Below are positions 35,284 through 50,094 of a DNA stretch of 64,000 nt, piece by piece. The notes beneath the pieces were generated by a model. It ran no database searches and was not told where the DNA came from. It worked only from the letters and a program-made list of their open reading frames with translations. Every line of letters begins with the position of its first letter. Positions within the stretch are counted from its first letter, which is position 1. Location of the stretch: NCBI GenBank assembly GCA_010093995.1, contig ML992502.1:1708312-1772311 (forward strand). The letters run 5' to 3'. A program made the translations under genes and the position numbers. This stretch comes from Elsinoe ampelina (lineage: Eukaryota).

Positions 35284-36083
35284 GATTGTGGAGGAGATGG
35301 GGAAAAGGTCGCACACGGAGAGGAGCGCCAGTCATTACGGCGCAGACAGTCGTCTGTGGCTGCGTCCGCTTCTGGTCGGGAGGAGCTACTCGTACAGGGC
35401 AAGTAGGAGTACGGCCAGGTTTCCGGAGTCGTCTCTAGTGCTCTAGCGGAGGCGATGTGGCGCCTGCGACTCTCGGTCATGCAGCCGCTCCCCAGTAGAT
35501 CACCCGCCTATTGGTGCATACCTCGCTTTGGCCTGCGCCACGCGATCCGCAGTCGACAAGGGATAGCAAACGTCTGTACTCTGGTAACCAACAAGGTGCG
35601 CGTGCTGTGCCGCTGGATCTGGATCTCCGCGCTCCTCGGGCTCCAATGCGGAGCGGTGTGTGCAGCGACGTTGATGCGTGGTTCAATCGAGTGGTTTGGG
35701 TTCGCGATCAGCTGGGGCGGCCCGCCGAGTTTCCAGCAGAATTGCGTGGGAAATGCGCGGGTGAACCACCAGGAATCCCCTTGTCAGCCCTTGTCAGGGC
35801 TGGTTAGGTTGTCCCATGCAGAGCTGACCTGCTGGGTCGCCTTGAATTATCCGGTGAACGCCTCTTACGCGTGGTGCGTTCTTGTCGATCAACGATCGTC
35901 CTTTTGTGTAAATTGCAAATGTAATGATATTGCTCTGGTAGGGCTGTTCTGCATTGATGGTATTCACAAGTGCAGTCCACACTACTCATCAAGATCTCTA
36001 GAAATCTTTGAAGCTCTAAAACTCCATCTGCCATGCCTGAACAGAACCCCTGACGCCTCCAAGCAGTTCCTACAAATCACACC

Positions 36084-36918
36084 TCAAGCACTCCCATTCG
36101 TATGGCCGTTCACCTTCATCGGACTGCCACTCGGCGTTTTACCAATCTCTTCCCAGAACTGATCCCTCTCCTTCAACAAGTCGGCGCACCACACCTTGAC
36201 CTCGTCTAGCTCAATCTTCTGCGCGACCCAGCTGAACTCTCCCAAGTCGATCTTCCCCTCATGACTTCGCTCGTACTCCATCATCTGCAACAGCAGCTCC
36301 ATCTTGTCCACATCGTGCACAAACTTTGCCTCCAGAGTCTCATTGTCCTCGTACTCTTGCCATACCTTTCTCATCTCCTCACCCGCCAGTCCCCCTCCAA
36401 CCTTGCCCAGTAGATCTCCACATAGGTATTCCATAGTCTCCGTCTCCCTCCTGCTCTTCTCGGGCTTGAGTACACCATCTACCGGTGTGATGTCGCCGAC
36501 TAGCGCCTCAGCCATGTCGTGAATGAGCGCCATGCGCGTACATCGTGGTACATCGAGACGTGACGATAAAGAAGCAGGGCACAGCATGGTCAGGATGGAC
36601 ATGCGATACATGTGGTCGCTTATTGATTCCCCATGGTTGATACCGAAGCGTCGCCAGCCTTCGCGCTTTGTCGTCTTTAATCGTTCGAGGAGGTGGAAGA
36701 AAGGTACTGGCGAGGAAGAATGTGCTGCGGGTTGTGTTTTGAGAGTAGATAAGACTGGACGTGTTAGCATGTTCCCAAATCCCGGCGACTTCGGCAGCGC
36801 GCATACCTGTCTGTGGCGTCCAGTGTGACTTCTGTGCTTCTTCTGCTTTGAGGAGGCCAGAATCTGGCCGCGGAGGGTCATTGATCTGAACAGCTTCTTC
36901 TACTAGGCCCGGCGCCAT
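36084..36918 (-). CDS. HD-domain 5'-deoxynucleotidase (HDDC2/YBR242W-like); intron 36755..36806
   Basis: LKTTKREGWRR, ESISDHMYRM, MALIHDMAEALVGDITP and EAKFVHDVDKMELLLQ; canonical 52-nt intron. Confidence 0.93.
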
Positions 36919-37528
36919 GATTTGTGTCGGTGTAGAGGAAATGGTGACAGAGGCGCTCTCTCTCTTCTTATGTGATATACTACAAATGCCTTGTGAGTGT
37001 GTAGATCGCTGGTAATGCTGGAGATGGTGACAGAAATGTGAGGCTGGCTCTCTATACGACTGTTTGATAATTGCCGATTTGGGTTGCTCGACACTGGACA
37101 ACACCCGAACCTGATTTTTGCCCGCAGCTGGTGCTGGTCGGAGACCGCCGCAAAACGCCAAGGTGCCCGCCCTGTCAACAATGAGCTTCGCTGATCTGCA
37201 GATCATCGTGGGGGAGAATCAAAGGGTGGGACTGTGGGAGGAATGCAGTTGATAATCACTTGAATGAGAGGATAGATATTCATGACCTGAATTGATTGTT
37301 CACGTACGCTTGCCGGGGCACAGCACCCAGCATTGATCTCGGCGCTTTCGTTGCAGGCAATGCTGCATGTACATGGACAAATACCTTGACACAGCAAGCA
37401 ATCATCCGCACTGATTCCAGCCTGTGCTTCTGATATTGTGTTTACTTTCATTCTCTTTGCTACATAGCAAGCAAGCCGCTGAACAACAGCCGAACGCCTG
37501 CAGGCTCGGGGTGCTGAGGCATGTCCGA

Positions 37529-37912
37529 CTAGCCATCGAAGCCATACTTCTTCTTGAGGGTCTCGACTAGCTTGACGTAGTTTGCTTGAGCAGCGGCCGG
37601 GGTCGTTTTTGCGTCGACCACCTTCTGCCAGGCACCGTACTTTGCCTTGCCCTGTAGTTGGGTTAGATGGTGCAAGCGTGGACCAGGTCGTTACGAGACT
37701 CACGGCGAGATCGAACATGCCAGGCTTGTTAGTCTTCTCGAATGGCGGATCTTGTGAGCCCTGCTTGAAGTTGCCATAGAGCTAGTATGCAGTCAATACT
37801 TTGAACTGGTCTCAGGCGCTTCGGATCGACGTACCTCGAGTAGCTCATCCTGGTTGGGCTTCTGCTTCAGCTTGCGGCTGTCTTCGGCGGCCTTCTTGAA
37901 TTCTGCGGACAT
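37529..37912 (-). CDS. ACB1: Acyl-CoA-binding protein; exons 37912..37835, 37781..37704, 37651..37529
   Basis: Spliced 92 aa: MSAEFKKAAEDSRKLKQKPNQDELLE|LYGNFKQGSQDPPFEKTNKPGMFDLA|GKAKYGAWQK..AQANYVKLVETLKKKYGFDG*, which carries the ACBP signatures. Confidence 0.93.
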
Positions 37913-38297
37913 GGTTGTGTTGGATTGGTATTGTGGATAAGTGGGCTCTGTGTGTATGTGTAGGAAGTAAGTATTGAAACAGGCAACTGTGTTTGGTTTG
38001 AACGAAAGCACGAGCTATGGCATGTGATGGGGCCGGCAAGGCACAACTCGCTAGGCCCGAGGTAGCTCCGCCAAATTGACGTCATACGAGGGGCACTTTA
38101 CATCGATATCAATTTCGAATGCTTCAGGTGTGGACATTGATCTGGTGCATGAACACGAAAACATCTTCGGAGCATTCGCTACTGTTCTCTGGAAATATTC
38201 ATCCATATCTCAAGCAAGAATGATTGTGTGACGTGGACTTTGTGAGTGTATCATCGTGTGATGGGTTTGTTGATTACTCACATTCACTATCTCCCTG

Positions 38298-39048
38298 CTA
38301 ACCAGACTTGCTCAAATCATGACCAGTCTTCTTTACTGCGGCTTTGTAGGTCTCGGTATCCTCGCATGCTTTGATCCATTCCTGAACCCTTGGCCATTGT
38401 TTGCCCCCAGTGCCCAGCTGGCGGTCTAGGATGAAGACTGCAGAAAACTGCATCATGCAGTCGGCGACAGTAACTTTGTCACCCATCAGGAATTTGCCAC
38501 TGCTCTTGCCGAGCTCCGACTCGAGCAGATCAAGATCCTTCTGGATGTTGATAGACATCTTCTCGATGATCGTATCCGCTGCTTCTTTGTGGTCACCACT
38601 GAACCACTTGACGTAAAGCACCGGAAGAGCGTGAAGGGCGAATGTTGCCTCGGCAGCATGAATCCATCTCAGTGCAGCATAACGTTGTGGGCCGTCCCTG
38701 GGCAACAATCTGCCTTCCTTGTCATACTTCTCTTCGAGATATCTGATAATCGTAAGCATTAGGCGCGCCGCGGTTGACTCAGCCGTGACTGCCCCTTGCC
38801 ATCGACTTCACGCCTGAGACTGCCACATAGACTTACTCTGCAATAGCACCACTTTCATATATTGTCAATCCATCGTCTACCAAGGTTGGAAACTTGCCGA
38901 GATCACCTGCCTTCTTCTTGAACTCTGGCGGCGCCACCTTGTTGACCCGCTCGGAAAACTCGACCTCATAGTCAAGTCCAAGCTCCTCGAGTTGCCACGC
39001 TGTGCGTATGCATCTGGAAGCTTGCAAGAAGAAGAGTGTAATCGTCAT
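38298..39048 (-). CDS. Glutathione S-transferase (Gtt1-like); intron 38743..38836
   Basis: ASRCIRTAWQLEELGLDYEV, LGKFPTLVD, ESGAIAE|YL and the C-domain FLMGDKVTVADCMM. Confidence 0.92.
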
Positions 39049-39891
39049 ATTCTGGATCTGCTTGGTGGTGTAAAGTCGGGATGGCGATGATGAAGTGGAG
39101 ATGAGCTGCTTGCCTCTTTCGGCTTGCTTTTACCGCGGAAGACGATCTCCGCCTAGATTTGGGCTATACCAGCAAAAACTCTATACCTGTACCACTCGAT
39201 GACTTCCGCTCGTGCGAAGCAACAACCGTGCTGGACTACCGCATGCACTGCTAAAACTGGCCGATAGTGCAAGATGAACAAAGACCAATGTGCCGATGTC
39301 CGGAGACAGTCTTTGGTGAAGGTCAAGATGTACCAAGGGATCGACTCTTAGCGAGCAGCTTCTGCGACGTCGCTCTATCTTGGCCATCACAACAATCAGC
39401 ATCGTGTGCCTCAGAGTGGCGATAGGCAAGTGGCATGACTGATGGCTGTGCTACTGCCATGCAGGGCATACAGTAGATCTCCCTCCAATGATGCGGCTCT
39501 CGACTGATCTTCTGGTATATTGCTCGACTCCACATATCAATACCTAATTGGGCGTCGGGTCTGAAACTGCCCCTCCGTATCCCCTTCATCAATCTGGAGA
39601 AGTTCCGGCTCGTCCACCCAGACCCTTCAGAGAACTAACCCTCATTATGGTTAGTACTGCACATTGGTCTGCCGTTCCTGGCGCCAGCAGGGTCCCAGAA
39701 AGACCTGCGTCCTGTGACATGGGGATTCTGACTTTCGCCCCGCCAAGCTGGTCGCCACGGACCTTTCATCTCCGTATCGCTTGGAGCAGGCAAACAAAAA
39801 TGTGGATTTTATGGATGGTAGGTATATATTGAGTCGAGGTCGACTCGATATTGCTCTGGAATAGAGGTAGGCACTACTACTGTACAACACA

Positions 39892-41202
39892 ATGCGTTCT
39901 GTATTCGCTCTTTCACTTTTGGCCGCTGGCTCCATCGCTGCCCCATCCCCAGCTGGAGGCAAACGACCACCACCAGGATTCGTCACGGTCAGCGGTCAAA
40001 AGTTCAAGCTCGACGGCAAGGATTTTTACTTTGCTGGAAGTAACGGCTACTACTTTCCATTCATCGTAATTAATCCACATCTTCATGCCCAAATCCATCC
40101 TCTGACCAGTTGCAGGGCGAGGCAGACGTACAGAAGGGCTTCAAAGATGCCGCGGCTGCTGGATTGAAGGTCATGAGGACGTGGGGCTACAATGAGAAGA
40201 ATGCCACTTACAACAGTGCTGGTCTTCCCCAGTATGGCAACAACCCAAGCGATCCAGTTTTGCAGAAGTGGACTGATGGCAAGCCGACCATCGACCTGAC
40301 TGCTTTCGACAAGGTCGTCAAGGCTGCCAGCGATACTGGGGTCAAGCTTCTCGTGGCCTTTACCAACAACTGGGCCGACTACGGCGGAATGGATGTCTAC
40401 ACAGTCAACCTTGGGGGAAAGTACCATGACGATGTAAGATCCTCTCCGAATGGCACACGGCTACCTTACTGACATCATCAAGTTCTACACCATGCCCGCC
40501 ATCAAGCAGGCCTACAAAAACTACGTCTCCGCTTTCGTCAACCGCTACAAGAACTCACCAGCGATTTTTGCCTGGGAGCTCGCAAACGAGCCACGCTGCG
40601 GCGCCGACGGCACCCGCAACCTTCCCCGCTCCCCTGCTGGATGCAACCCAGATGTCATCACCAAGTGGATGGCCGAGATGGCCGCTCACGTCAAGTCCAT
40701 CGACCCTAACCATCTCTTGACCACTGGTAGCGAGGGTGCTTTTAACATCGCTGGCAACCCGGACGGCTTTTACAACGGCTACGACGGAGGTGACTTCGAC
40801 GCCGAGATCCGCATCCCACAAGTCGACTTCAACACCTTCCACTCCTACCCAGACTGGTGGACCAAGACCGTCGCCTGGACCAGCCAGTGGATCCGCGACC
40901 ACGCCGCATCAGGCCGCAAGGTCAACAAGCCTGTCGTTCACGAAGAGTACGGTTGGCTCTCCCCTGCCGGCAAGGCACAAAACGGCAAGCCTCCTTCGGA
41001 TCAGACCAGGGTTCAGGTCTACGCGGAGTGGCAGGGTATTCAGGTGCAGGAGAAGATGCCGGATATGTACTGGCAGTTCGGCACCAACTTGAGCTACGGC
41101 AGGAACCATGACGATGGCTTCACCATCTACCTCGATGACGCTGAGGCGAAGCCGATCGTCTACGAGCACGCGAAGCGCATGAACGCTCTCAACCGTAGAT
41201 AG
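39892..41202 (+). CDS. Secreted GH5 endo-beta-1,4-mannanase (GH5_7-like); introns 40066..40115 and 40434..40482
   Basis: Signal peptide; [26 protein letters not shown], acid/base [15 protein letters not shown] and nucleophile VVHEEYG. No CBM seen. Confidence 0.93.
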
Positions 41203-41337
41203 AGCATGACCTGGATTGTGAAAAGTTGGGCACATTTGCTGTATATACCCTTTGTATGAATGACTTGGTCAGACTATCAAACGTCCCGCTACATGCTCCT
41301 CCATTTGACCACCACCAATCCATCCTCCACCATCCTC

Positions 41338-43806
41338 TCACTCCCCCAACACCTCCCCCCTGACATTCACCAACCTCACCCTTTCCCGCCCCTCCCTCTT
41401 CACCTCCACTCTATCCACCACCCCCTCCCCATCCCACCCAAAATCCACCACCCCTCCCCCCCTCAGCCTGAACCCCCTCACACTCCCCCCACCCCACTGC
41501 CCAGGTATCGCCGGCCCCAACATCACGGTCCTCCTCCCCCTCGCCTCCCCCGTCTCCCCCGTCGGCAGATCAACAGCCAACATACTCACAACAGCGCCCA
41601 CATAGCCGAAATTGGCATCGATCTGGAACGGCTCCCCCCTGCCGCTGTACATCATGAGCCCGTTATCCGCGACATTATTCCGCGTCACCAGCTTGAGCTG
41701 CTCGTACGCGTTGGCGCTGTCGTTGAGCCGCGCCCAGCACGCGGCGCGCCACACCTTCTCCCAGCCCGCGTTGGCGTCTTCGATGCCCTGCCCGCGGGAC
41801 TGCAGGGTCGTGCGCACCGCGGCTTGGAGCGTGGTGTTGGTGTAGGCGCCTGCGTAGGACGAGAGGGAGGCGCCGGGGTACCAGCCTACGAGGTGGCTGA
41901 GGTGGCGGTGCGTGTTGTTCTGCTCGTCCAGGTCGAGTTTCCATTCTTGGATCTGGCCCCAGCGGCCGATGTGCAGGCCGGTGTCGAGGCGGGCGAGGGC
42001 GGAGGAGACGCTGGAGAGGAAGGTGGTGTCCGGGTCTGAGGCGATGGGGGCGAGGCGGAGGATGTTGGTGAAGAGTTGGTGGATGAGTTGTTGGTGATGG
42101 GTGCAGGCGAAGGTTGTGGGGCCGATTTCAGGGGAGACGCATGGGTTGACGACGAGGGTGGAGTCGTTGAAGTGGGTGTCTGGGACGAGGGTGGAGAGCC
42201 AGAATTGGGCGACGGGTTTGAGGAGTTGGGGGTAGGCGATGGTGCGGAGCCAGGTGGTGTCTTGGGTGTACTCAAAGTGGTCGGTGACGTGAAGCATCAT
42301 CCAGGCATTGGAGGAGGTGAGGAGGGTCCAGATGTCGTCGCCTGAGGGGAGACCGGTGAAGCCAAAGGTGTTGAGCCAGCCGTGGATGACCCAGCCTTCG
42401 CCACCGTAGGTGAGGTTGGCGGTCTCGGCACCGCGGCCGGTCCAGGTGTAGCGCATGTGGTCCCACAGAGGGTCTTGGAGGGAGGACAGTCCAGTCTCTT
42501 CGACACCCCAGTGGTTCATTTGAAGGTTAATGTCGACATGGTAATCGGCGGACCACGCATTGGTGAGACCGTATGCCCACTTACCCTGCAGATTGGGTGG
42601 AAGAGAGCCGGTGCGAGATGAGGATGCAAAGAGATATCGACCGTAAGCAAATTGGCGGGCTTCGACGAAAGGATCTCCGCCCTCGAGAGTATAGCGGGAG
42701 AGCTGGGAGGAAATATCGAGACCAGCGGAGTTTGCTGAATCTGGTAGTTCGAGTGTGAAGCCATCCATCAAAGGCTGGAAGTCGGCCATGTGATCATCCA
42801 CGATGGCTTGGACTGGTCGTTGCGTGGCCGCTGAGAGGACCTCGAGAACATTAGACTCCGGATCGACTCCTCGGAAAGAAAATCCATTCTCCGCATTGCC
42901 TTTAGTCTGATCATAGTCTGTACCAGCGTTAATGGCAAACGTGACGCGCTTCCGCGAAGAGTCAGCTGGGACATTGAGGACACCTCCTTCAGTGCACGTG
43001 GCCTCAGTGATGTCTCCAACAGGTCGGGCGGCAGCGAAAAAAGTCATTCCGATGTCTGCTTGCGTCTTGCCGCGAATGCTGGCTATTGATTGTTCTGCAG
43101 AGCATGCTGGAGTAGAGAGACCCGGTGCTCTGAGGACATCCTCGAAGCTAATGCTGGTGGCAGGGAGTATCGATGTCGAGGAGATGTCGTACAAGCAGAC
43201 CGAGTCAGGAAACGAACACAAAGCTTGACTGCATGCTTGTCAGATGGACCGCGGTCTGCCTATGAAAAGTTGACTCACATCGTGAAGGTCGCGTTGCCAG
43301 AAGTGAACACAGTCGTGTGCAAACCTGTGGACAGATCTAAGGATCGGTTGTATCCGGAGTATTCGCTGATGCCATCGATGGTTACCGAGACATTGCCTAG
43401 GACTGCATAGCTGCCATAGGCGGTGTATTCGTTCTGCAGAGCCGACGCATTACCTGTGCCATTCTGAAAGATCCAGGACTGGATCCCTGGAACAGCATCC
43501 GCAGTCGACTCAGCAGGATTACCACCTCGATAATTTGGGTCTTCGAAAGGTCCACCACTCCACAGATCGTCCTTGTTGAGATTCAATTTCTCCTTTCCAG
43601 GAACACCGTACGGTAGGACTACTTAGGTCAGATGTGGCTGTTGTGGGCTGTAGGCAATACGTACGGGCAAGCTTGCCATTGCCAATAGGGTAGGCTGTCC
43701 GGATGAGGTCAGTCCACTCGCTCGCTGGCTTTGACGACCACAAAATGTGACCATGGCAAGCGCCAGCGAGTAACAAAGGCACAAGTAGTGAGGCTATACC
43801 TCGCAT
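41338..43806 (-). CDS. Secreted GH95 alpha-L-fucosidase-family glycosidase; introns 43619..43664 and 43229..43278
   Basis: Signal peptide; YPIGNGKLA, LNKDDLWSGGP, YGRYLFASSSR..LPPNLQGKW, WSADYHVDINLQMNHW, SPE, QIQEW, HRHLSHLVG and FQIDANFG. Confidence 0.94.
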
Positions 43807-44389
43807 CTTGGTTGTGTGAAGGGGAATGAAGGGAGTAGTAGAGAGAGCAACGACAAGCAGCAGTACCAATTCATACTCACCACGACTCGGCCCAAGATGA
43901 CAATTTGTTGAAGTCCACTGACACGGCCTGCATAATTTGAGCGGCTTCTTACCCTGCATCACCAAGAAAGAGCTTGATTCGAGAATCAATTTCGAAGATG
44001 AGGAGCAATTTCTCCGGATCGACGTGTCCGGAAGCAGGTCATTGCTGATCACGGGCGATCCGGGTAAACAAGGAGGTACCGCTTTGACAGGTCTACATAG
44101 GATGCAGCGTCTCATAGGACAGGCGGGAAACATGCCACGAGACCAGACGAGGCTTGTCGTCAGAGTAGTTGTCGGTGAAAGAGGGGAAGTTCTACATGGA
44201 GAAGTTCGCTTGCACCACTCTGTGACCCCACCGGACTATCCAATGTGGGGTGCCGTGGAGAATCCATATGTTTTGATTTGAGATGGTATCTTGCTGATGC
44301 TTCGTCGTAAAGATCTCGTTGTATGTTGTATGATACATGACACCGTGTTTACATATACAAGCGTCGACTCTGCTGGTCATACATTAGGC

Positions 44390-45753
44390 TCATGATTTGA
44401 CCTCTGCAGCCTCTTGATATCGCAGCGCTTCCTGTTCATCAGTATCGCTGAGCGTTCGAGGAGAGTCTCGGTCCTCCCATTCGTCGTCGACCTCTTCCAT
44501 AGCTTTGGCACGAGCTGCATTAGCTCTTCGCCCGAAAAAGTCATCTGTCTGTAGACCTCTCATGCTATCGGGCTTGACACTCTTCATGCTTCCACCACGA
44601 GCCTTTGCCTCCCTGAAGAACTCTCGCACAGGTACCATGGCAGCATCTCTGCACGATTCTTTGATATCACTACCGCTCATACCCGCGCTTAGCTTGACCA
44701 GTAGATCCAGGTCAAAATTGTTTGGATCTTTATCCAGTTTCGTGTCTCTCAGCGTAAGCTTGAAGATCGATCTCCGCTGTGCAGCCGTAGGTAAAGAGAT
44801 TGGGAACTTCTTGGGCAGTCTGCGAAGAATGGCCTCGTCGATGTCCTGGATTCTGTTGGTGGCTCCAAGTATGCAGATTCGCTGTGACTGTCCAGCCGAG
44901 TTTGCTGATGTCAGTCCATCCCAATGTGTCATGAATCTGTGACTTGTGAGAATATTTTCACTCAGCAATTTGGACATTGACATACTCTGCCTTGACCATT
45001 CCGCTAGCTTCATGTTCGCCACTTCTGCGTTGACCAAGCACTGCATCGATCTCGTCGATAAACACTATGCTGGGCTGCAACTTCCTAGCAAGACTGAAGA
45101 CGGCGCTGACTAACTTGTTGCTATCGCCATACCACTTCTCCGTCAGAGTTGAGATGTGTAAGTTTATGAAGCAAGCTCCGCTCTCCCTTGCTAGCGCTTT
45201 TGCCAACATGGTCTTTCCGCAACCAGGCGGTCCGTACAAAAGGACTCCAGAAGGCGCCGATAATAACGAGCTAGAGGCGGTATATAATTGTGGATATGTG
45301 AGAGGGTAGATGACGGATTCGCGGAGTTCCTCGACGATATGGTCGAGTCCTCCAATATCGTTAAACGTGACAGGTATCTCCGAGGGCGCAACCACCTCCA
45401 TCGCTATCGCTTGCTCGTATTGGTTGAGTCGAAGATCTTCAGGCTCTGGCCGCCTTCGACTGGTCTGATACCCACTCTTCTCCTCGGCATCTCCTTCTTC
45501 TGTCTCATCTTGATCTTGTTGCTCTTGGAAGAAGGACGACAGTCGTGCAGTCGCAGCGAGTGCTTTCTGTTGCGCTTCTTGCTTTGCGCTGGCCTCCGGG
45601 TCTAGTCGTGCAACGATCTGCTTAGCGACATATATTGCTCCAAAGCTCTGTCCACAGTCAGCTTCGAGGCACTACTTGAAGAGACTTGCGACCGACGAGG
45701 AATCCATAGAGAAGAGCCTCTTTGATCAGATCTGCCCAGCGGAACTTTTCCAT
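44390..45753 (-). CDS. MSP1: Mitochondrial outer-membrane AAA ATPase Msp1/ATAD1; introns 45648..45696 and 44937..44985
   Basis: N-terminal TM, LNQYEQAIAMEVVAPSEIPVTFNDIGGL, Walker A GPPGCGKT, EKWYGDSNKLV, Walker B IVFIDEID, HEASGMVKAE|FMTHWDGL and ATNR. Confidence 0.95.
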
Positions 45754-46018
45754 GGTGTGATCGGTGCGCCACCTGGGCTTTGGACCATGTGTGTATGTAT
45801 GCTATCAATATCCGTTGATCAGATCATGAGATTTGCCGAAATGTAGCGTGAAGTAATAAGCAAAACCACCGCACAAGATCTTCAGCATGTGAATGCCTGC
45901 ACGGTGATGAGATCTGGCTGGTCGGCCCGAGGCGGCGATTTCGGCGATTGACCACCAAAACGGGACCAAATTGCTGGGACGCGCATAATTCGCATCTCAC
46001 GCATCTCGATCAACCTGA

Positions 46019-47062
<1,044 letters not shown>

Positions 47063-47414
47063 TTCGCCCGGTTTGCATAGTGGACGTGGAGCAAGCTTGA
47101 GGGTTTTTCATTGGATAATGCGGATTGTTAATTCGTTTGTATAGATTTGAGATGATAATGAAGCTTTGATCATGGCGGATTTGTTTGCTATGACGTGCAA
47201 AAGTGATCGCTCCAGTGAGTGAAAGGGCACTGATTGCTCGGCCGAAATCGCGGCGCTGGAAGACAGTGGAAGCTTTCTGGAAAGGGCCCCGCAGCCACAG
47301 ATCACCGCCGCATGCCCGCCTGTTTGTCCCCAGACTTCCGTCACTGTTGATTTATAAACCCCCATGGATCAGGTTCCCTACTATCCTTTCTGACTCCTGT
47401 GGAATCCGAGAGCC

Positions 47415-48344
47415 ATGGCTCACCTTGCCGAGCAGTTCAAAGAGAAGGGCAACAACCTGTTCAAAGCAGGCGATTTTGTCGGCGCAGAAGAGCAGTACAC
47501 ATACGCGATCCAAAAGTACAGCCAAAATCCGATCATCTTCACCAACCGCGCTTTCGCTAGGATAAAGTTGCAGCGATGGGATGGTGTGGTGGACGACTGC
47601 CTCAAGAGCATAGAAATCACAAAACATGGACAGAACTTCAAGGCGTACTTCTACCTTGGTTGGTCGTGCGTTCATGGCAGGCCAGAGTACGACTGACAAG
47701 GAACAGCACAAGCGCAATTGGCTTTACATCACCCTCATGAAGCGTTGAGCTCCGCTCTCACAGCCTACGACCAAGCCATGTATCCAAAGTCCCAGAGCAC
47801 GCAAACGAACGCAGCTTCCATGTCAGCCATAGTCGCATTAGTCATCCGGTGTCGCAAATCCAAGTTCGAAGCCCGGCAACGAGAGATGCAGAAGCGAAGA
47901 GGGGATCTGCTCGCGGAGCTGGAAGATGCTGTGGAGTCCAAGAAGCGGACCGAGCTGGCCAACATCGAGCGTCGGCTGAACGTGGCGGAGCTGGGTCCTG
48001 TCGCTGCCGAGGAAGAGCGGAAAGAGGTTGAAGATCAGGCCCAACGCAAGGTCGATGAGCTGAAGAGCATCTTTGCTGTAGCTGATCCTGAGAACCACGC
48101 GAAGAGGGAGGTGCCGGACTGGGCGATCGATACCATCAACTTCGAGCTCATGCACGATCCGGTGGTGACTAAGAATGGCCATTCGTACGAGCGCTCGACC
48201 TTGCAAGAGCACCTGAAGAGATCACCGACTGATCCACTGACGAGAGATCCTCTGACTATCAACGATCTCCGACCTAATATCGCATTGAGGAAAGCGTTGG
48301 ATGAGTTTTGGGAGCGTGCCGAGAGCTGGGCTATCGACTGGTAA
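47415..48344 (+). CDS. TPR + U-box E3 ubiquitin ligase (CHIP/STUB1-like); intron 47659..47706
   Basis: TPR AEQFKEKGNNLFK..FTNRAFARIKL; U-box VPDWAIDTINFELMHDPVVTKNGHSYER..DPLTRDPL..LRPNIALR. Confidence 0.92.
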
Positions 48345-48806
48345 TCACGGTCGGCCTTTCAAGTGTTGTTCCGCATCGCCGTTGTTGCTCTGGTCGCTGC
48401 AGCAAGATGATTTTGCATAGCATGGTGTCGATGGGATTGGTTTATCATAGCGAGGGTAGCAGTCGAGCATTCTTGGTCCTGAGGCAGCGTACGAGCATAT
48501 CGCTCTTTGACGTCCATCGAGGCGTACTGTTGTATACCATACTTAACAATCGTTAGCGATTTCGTGCATGAAATTATGCCAGGTCGCTGTCAACGTCCCC
48601 AGGACAGACAGAGTATAGGACATGGGAGGGATCACAGACTGGCAGAAACAGCTCACCGCCAAAACTTCGAAGCATCAGAAAGACTTGCTTGCCCCAGCGA
48701 GCTTTACAAGTCCAACGAAACCCTCTTGAAATCGTCGCATCTCGTTGCTGGTCTGTTCGGACAGTCATATGACCGGTACGCTCTGAACCAGAATTGTTAG
48801 CACCGG

Positions 48807-49798
48807 ATGGCGACCAGCTCAAGGAGCCTCCTCCTTGGAGGACAGTCTTGGACACGCGCGCAGTCGCTACCACCACCATTCCTTCTGCCATCACTCTATC
48901 ACCCTCAAGTTCGATCATTCAGTTCGTCCCCAGTAACACAGAAACGCGAATCAAACAAGAAGCGTGGTCTATCCGCTCTGAGACGGACAGGGTTGCGGAA
49001 AGGTCAAACACTCTCGGTCAAGCTTGCGAATCTCCCACGACCAGTGTTAGACCCAAAGAAGCGCTCCAGGATAGCCGTAGATCCAGATCATGGACTGTAC
49101 AAATTCTTCAGGTCAACAGAGGTATCAATGACGACACCGGAAGAGCTGGGCAAATACGGCCGAGCTTGGACTGTCGAGGAATTGAGGAAGAAGGGATGGG
49201 AAGATCTACACAGGCTATGGTGGGCTTGTGTACAAGAGCGAAACCTAATCGCTACAGAAGAAGAAGAGCGGAGAAGGACTGAGGCTGGCTATGGAGAGCT
49301 CGAAGCTAGTGATCGAGACGATGCGGTAAGCATTGATGGTCGCTTCCCTTCCAGCTGGATACTGACAGGATGAAATAGGTCAAGAAGACAATGCGAGCTA
49401 TCAAGCACACACTCACGGAACGATGGTACACATGGCAGAATGCAAGGGAGATCGCAAAGCAGGACCCAGAGATACGCCTCGAGCCAGGTGCTGAGAAGGT
49501 GTACCTGACGGATCAGGAGCTCTCAGAACTCCAGAATCAGGAATATGCGTATGAAGACGAGGCATGGACAGAGTCTTCAGACAGTCTGTTGGAAGAAGAC
49601 GCGGTGCCAGTCGGCCAAATCGAAGGGCCGGAGGCCGGAGAACAAACCTCTTCGCTGCAGGCAGGTGAGGCGCAGGTTGTGGATGTATCGGCGACATCAG
49701 CGCCAGAGCAGACATCGGAAGGGCGGGCTGATGCATCACAAGCCGAGCAAGGCAAGAAGAAGAGCACATTCTCGCAGCTGTGGCGTGGTAAGAGCTGA
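48807..49798 (+). CDS. MRPL4: Mitochondrial large-subunit ribosomal protein uL29m (MrpL4/L47); intron 49326..49378
   Basis: Presequence; [43 protein letters not shown] and [17 protein letters not shown]. Confidence 0.93.
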
Positions 49799-50094
49799 TG
49801 GAGTAGACCTGTAAATCTGTACAATACCATCAAGTGTCTGATAAGAGCAATCCAACAAATATTCACCCAAGACAGACCACCACCTGCGAGATTGCTTGCG
49901 TCCAGAGAAATGAGGTCGAGGTGAAACATGGTCCATGAATGAGCGTATCTATCGCGGGGAAACAGGAGTAGTCAAAGTGGTGTCACCGCCCCTCCATCCC
50001 ACGACAACAGCTTGCGCTCGTACATTTTCAGACCTCGCAATCTCCAATCACCCATTCAGCCTCTCTTCAGCTCATTCAGACACAGTATCACAAT

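Noticed and set aside
45648..45696. GC-AG intron in MSP1 using GCAAGT
   Set aside because: Phase does not match the acceptor; the GTCGGT donor at 45696 keeps frame.
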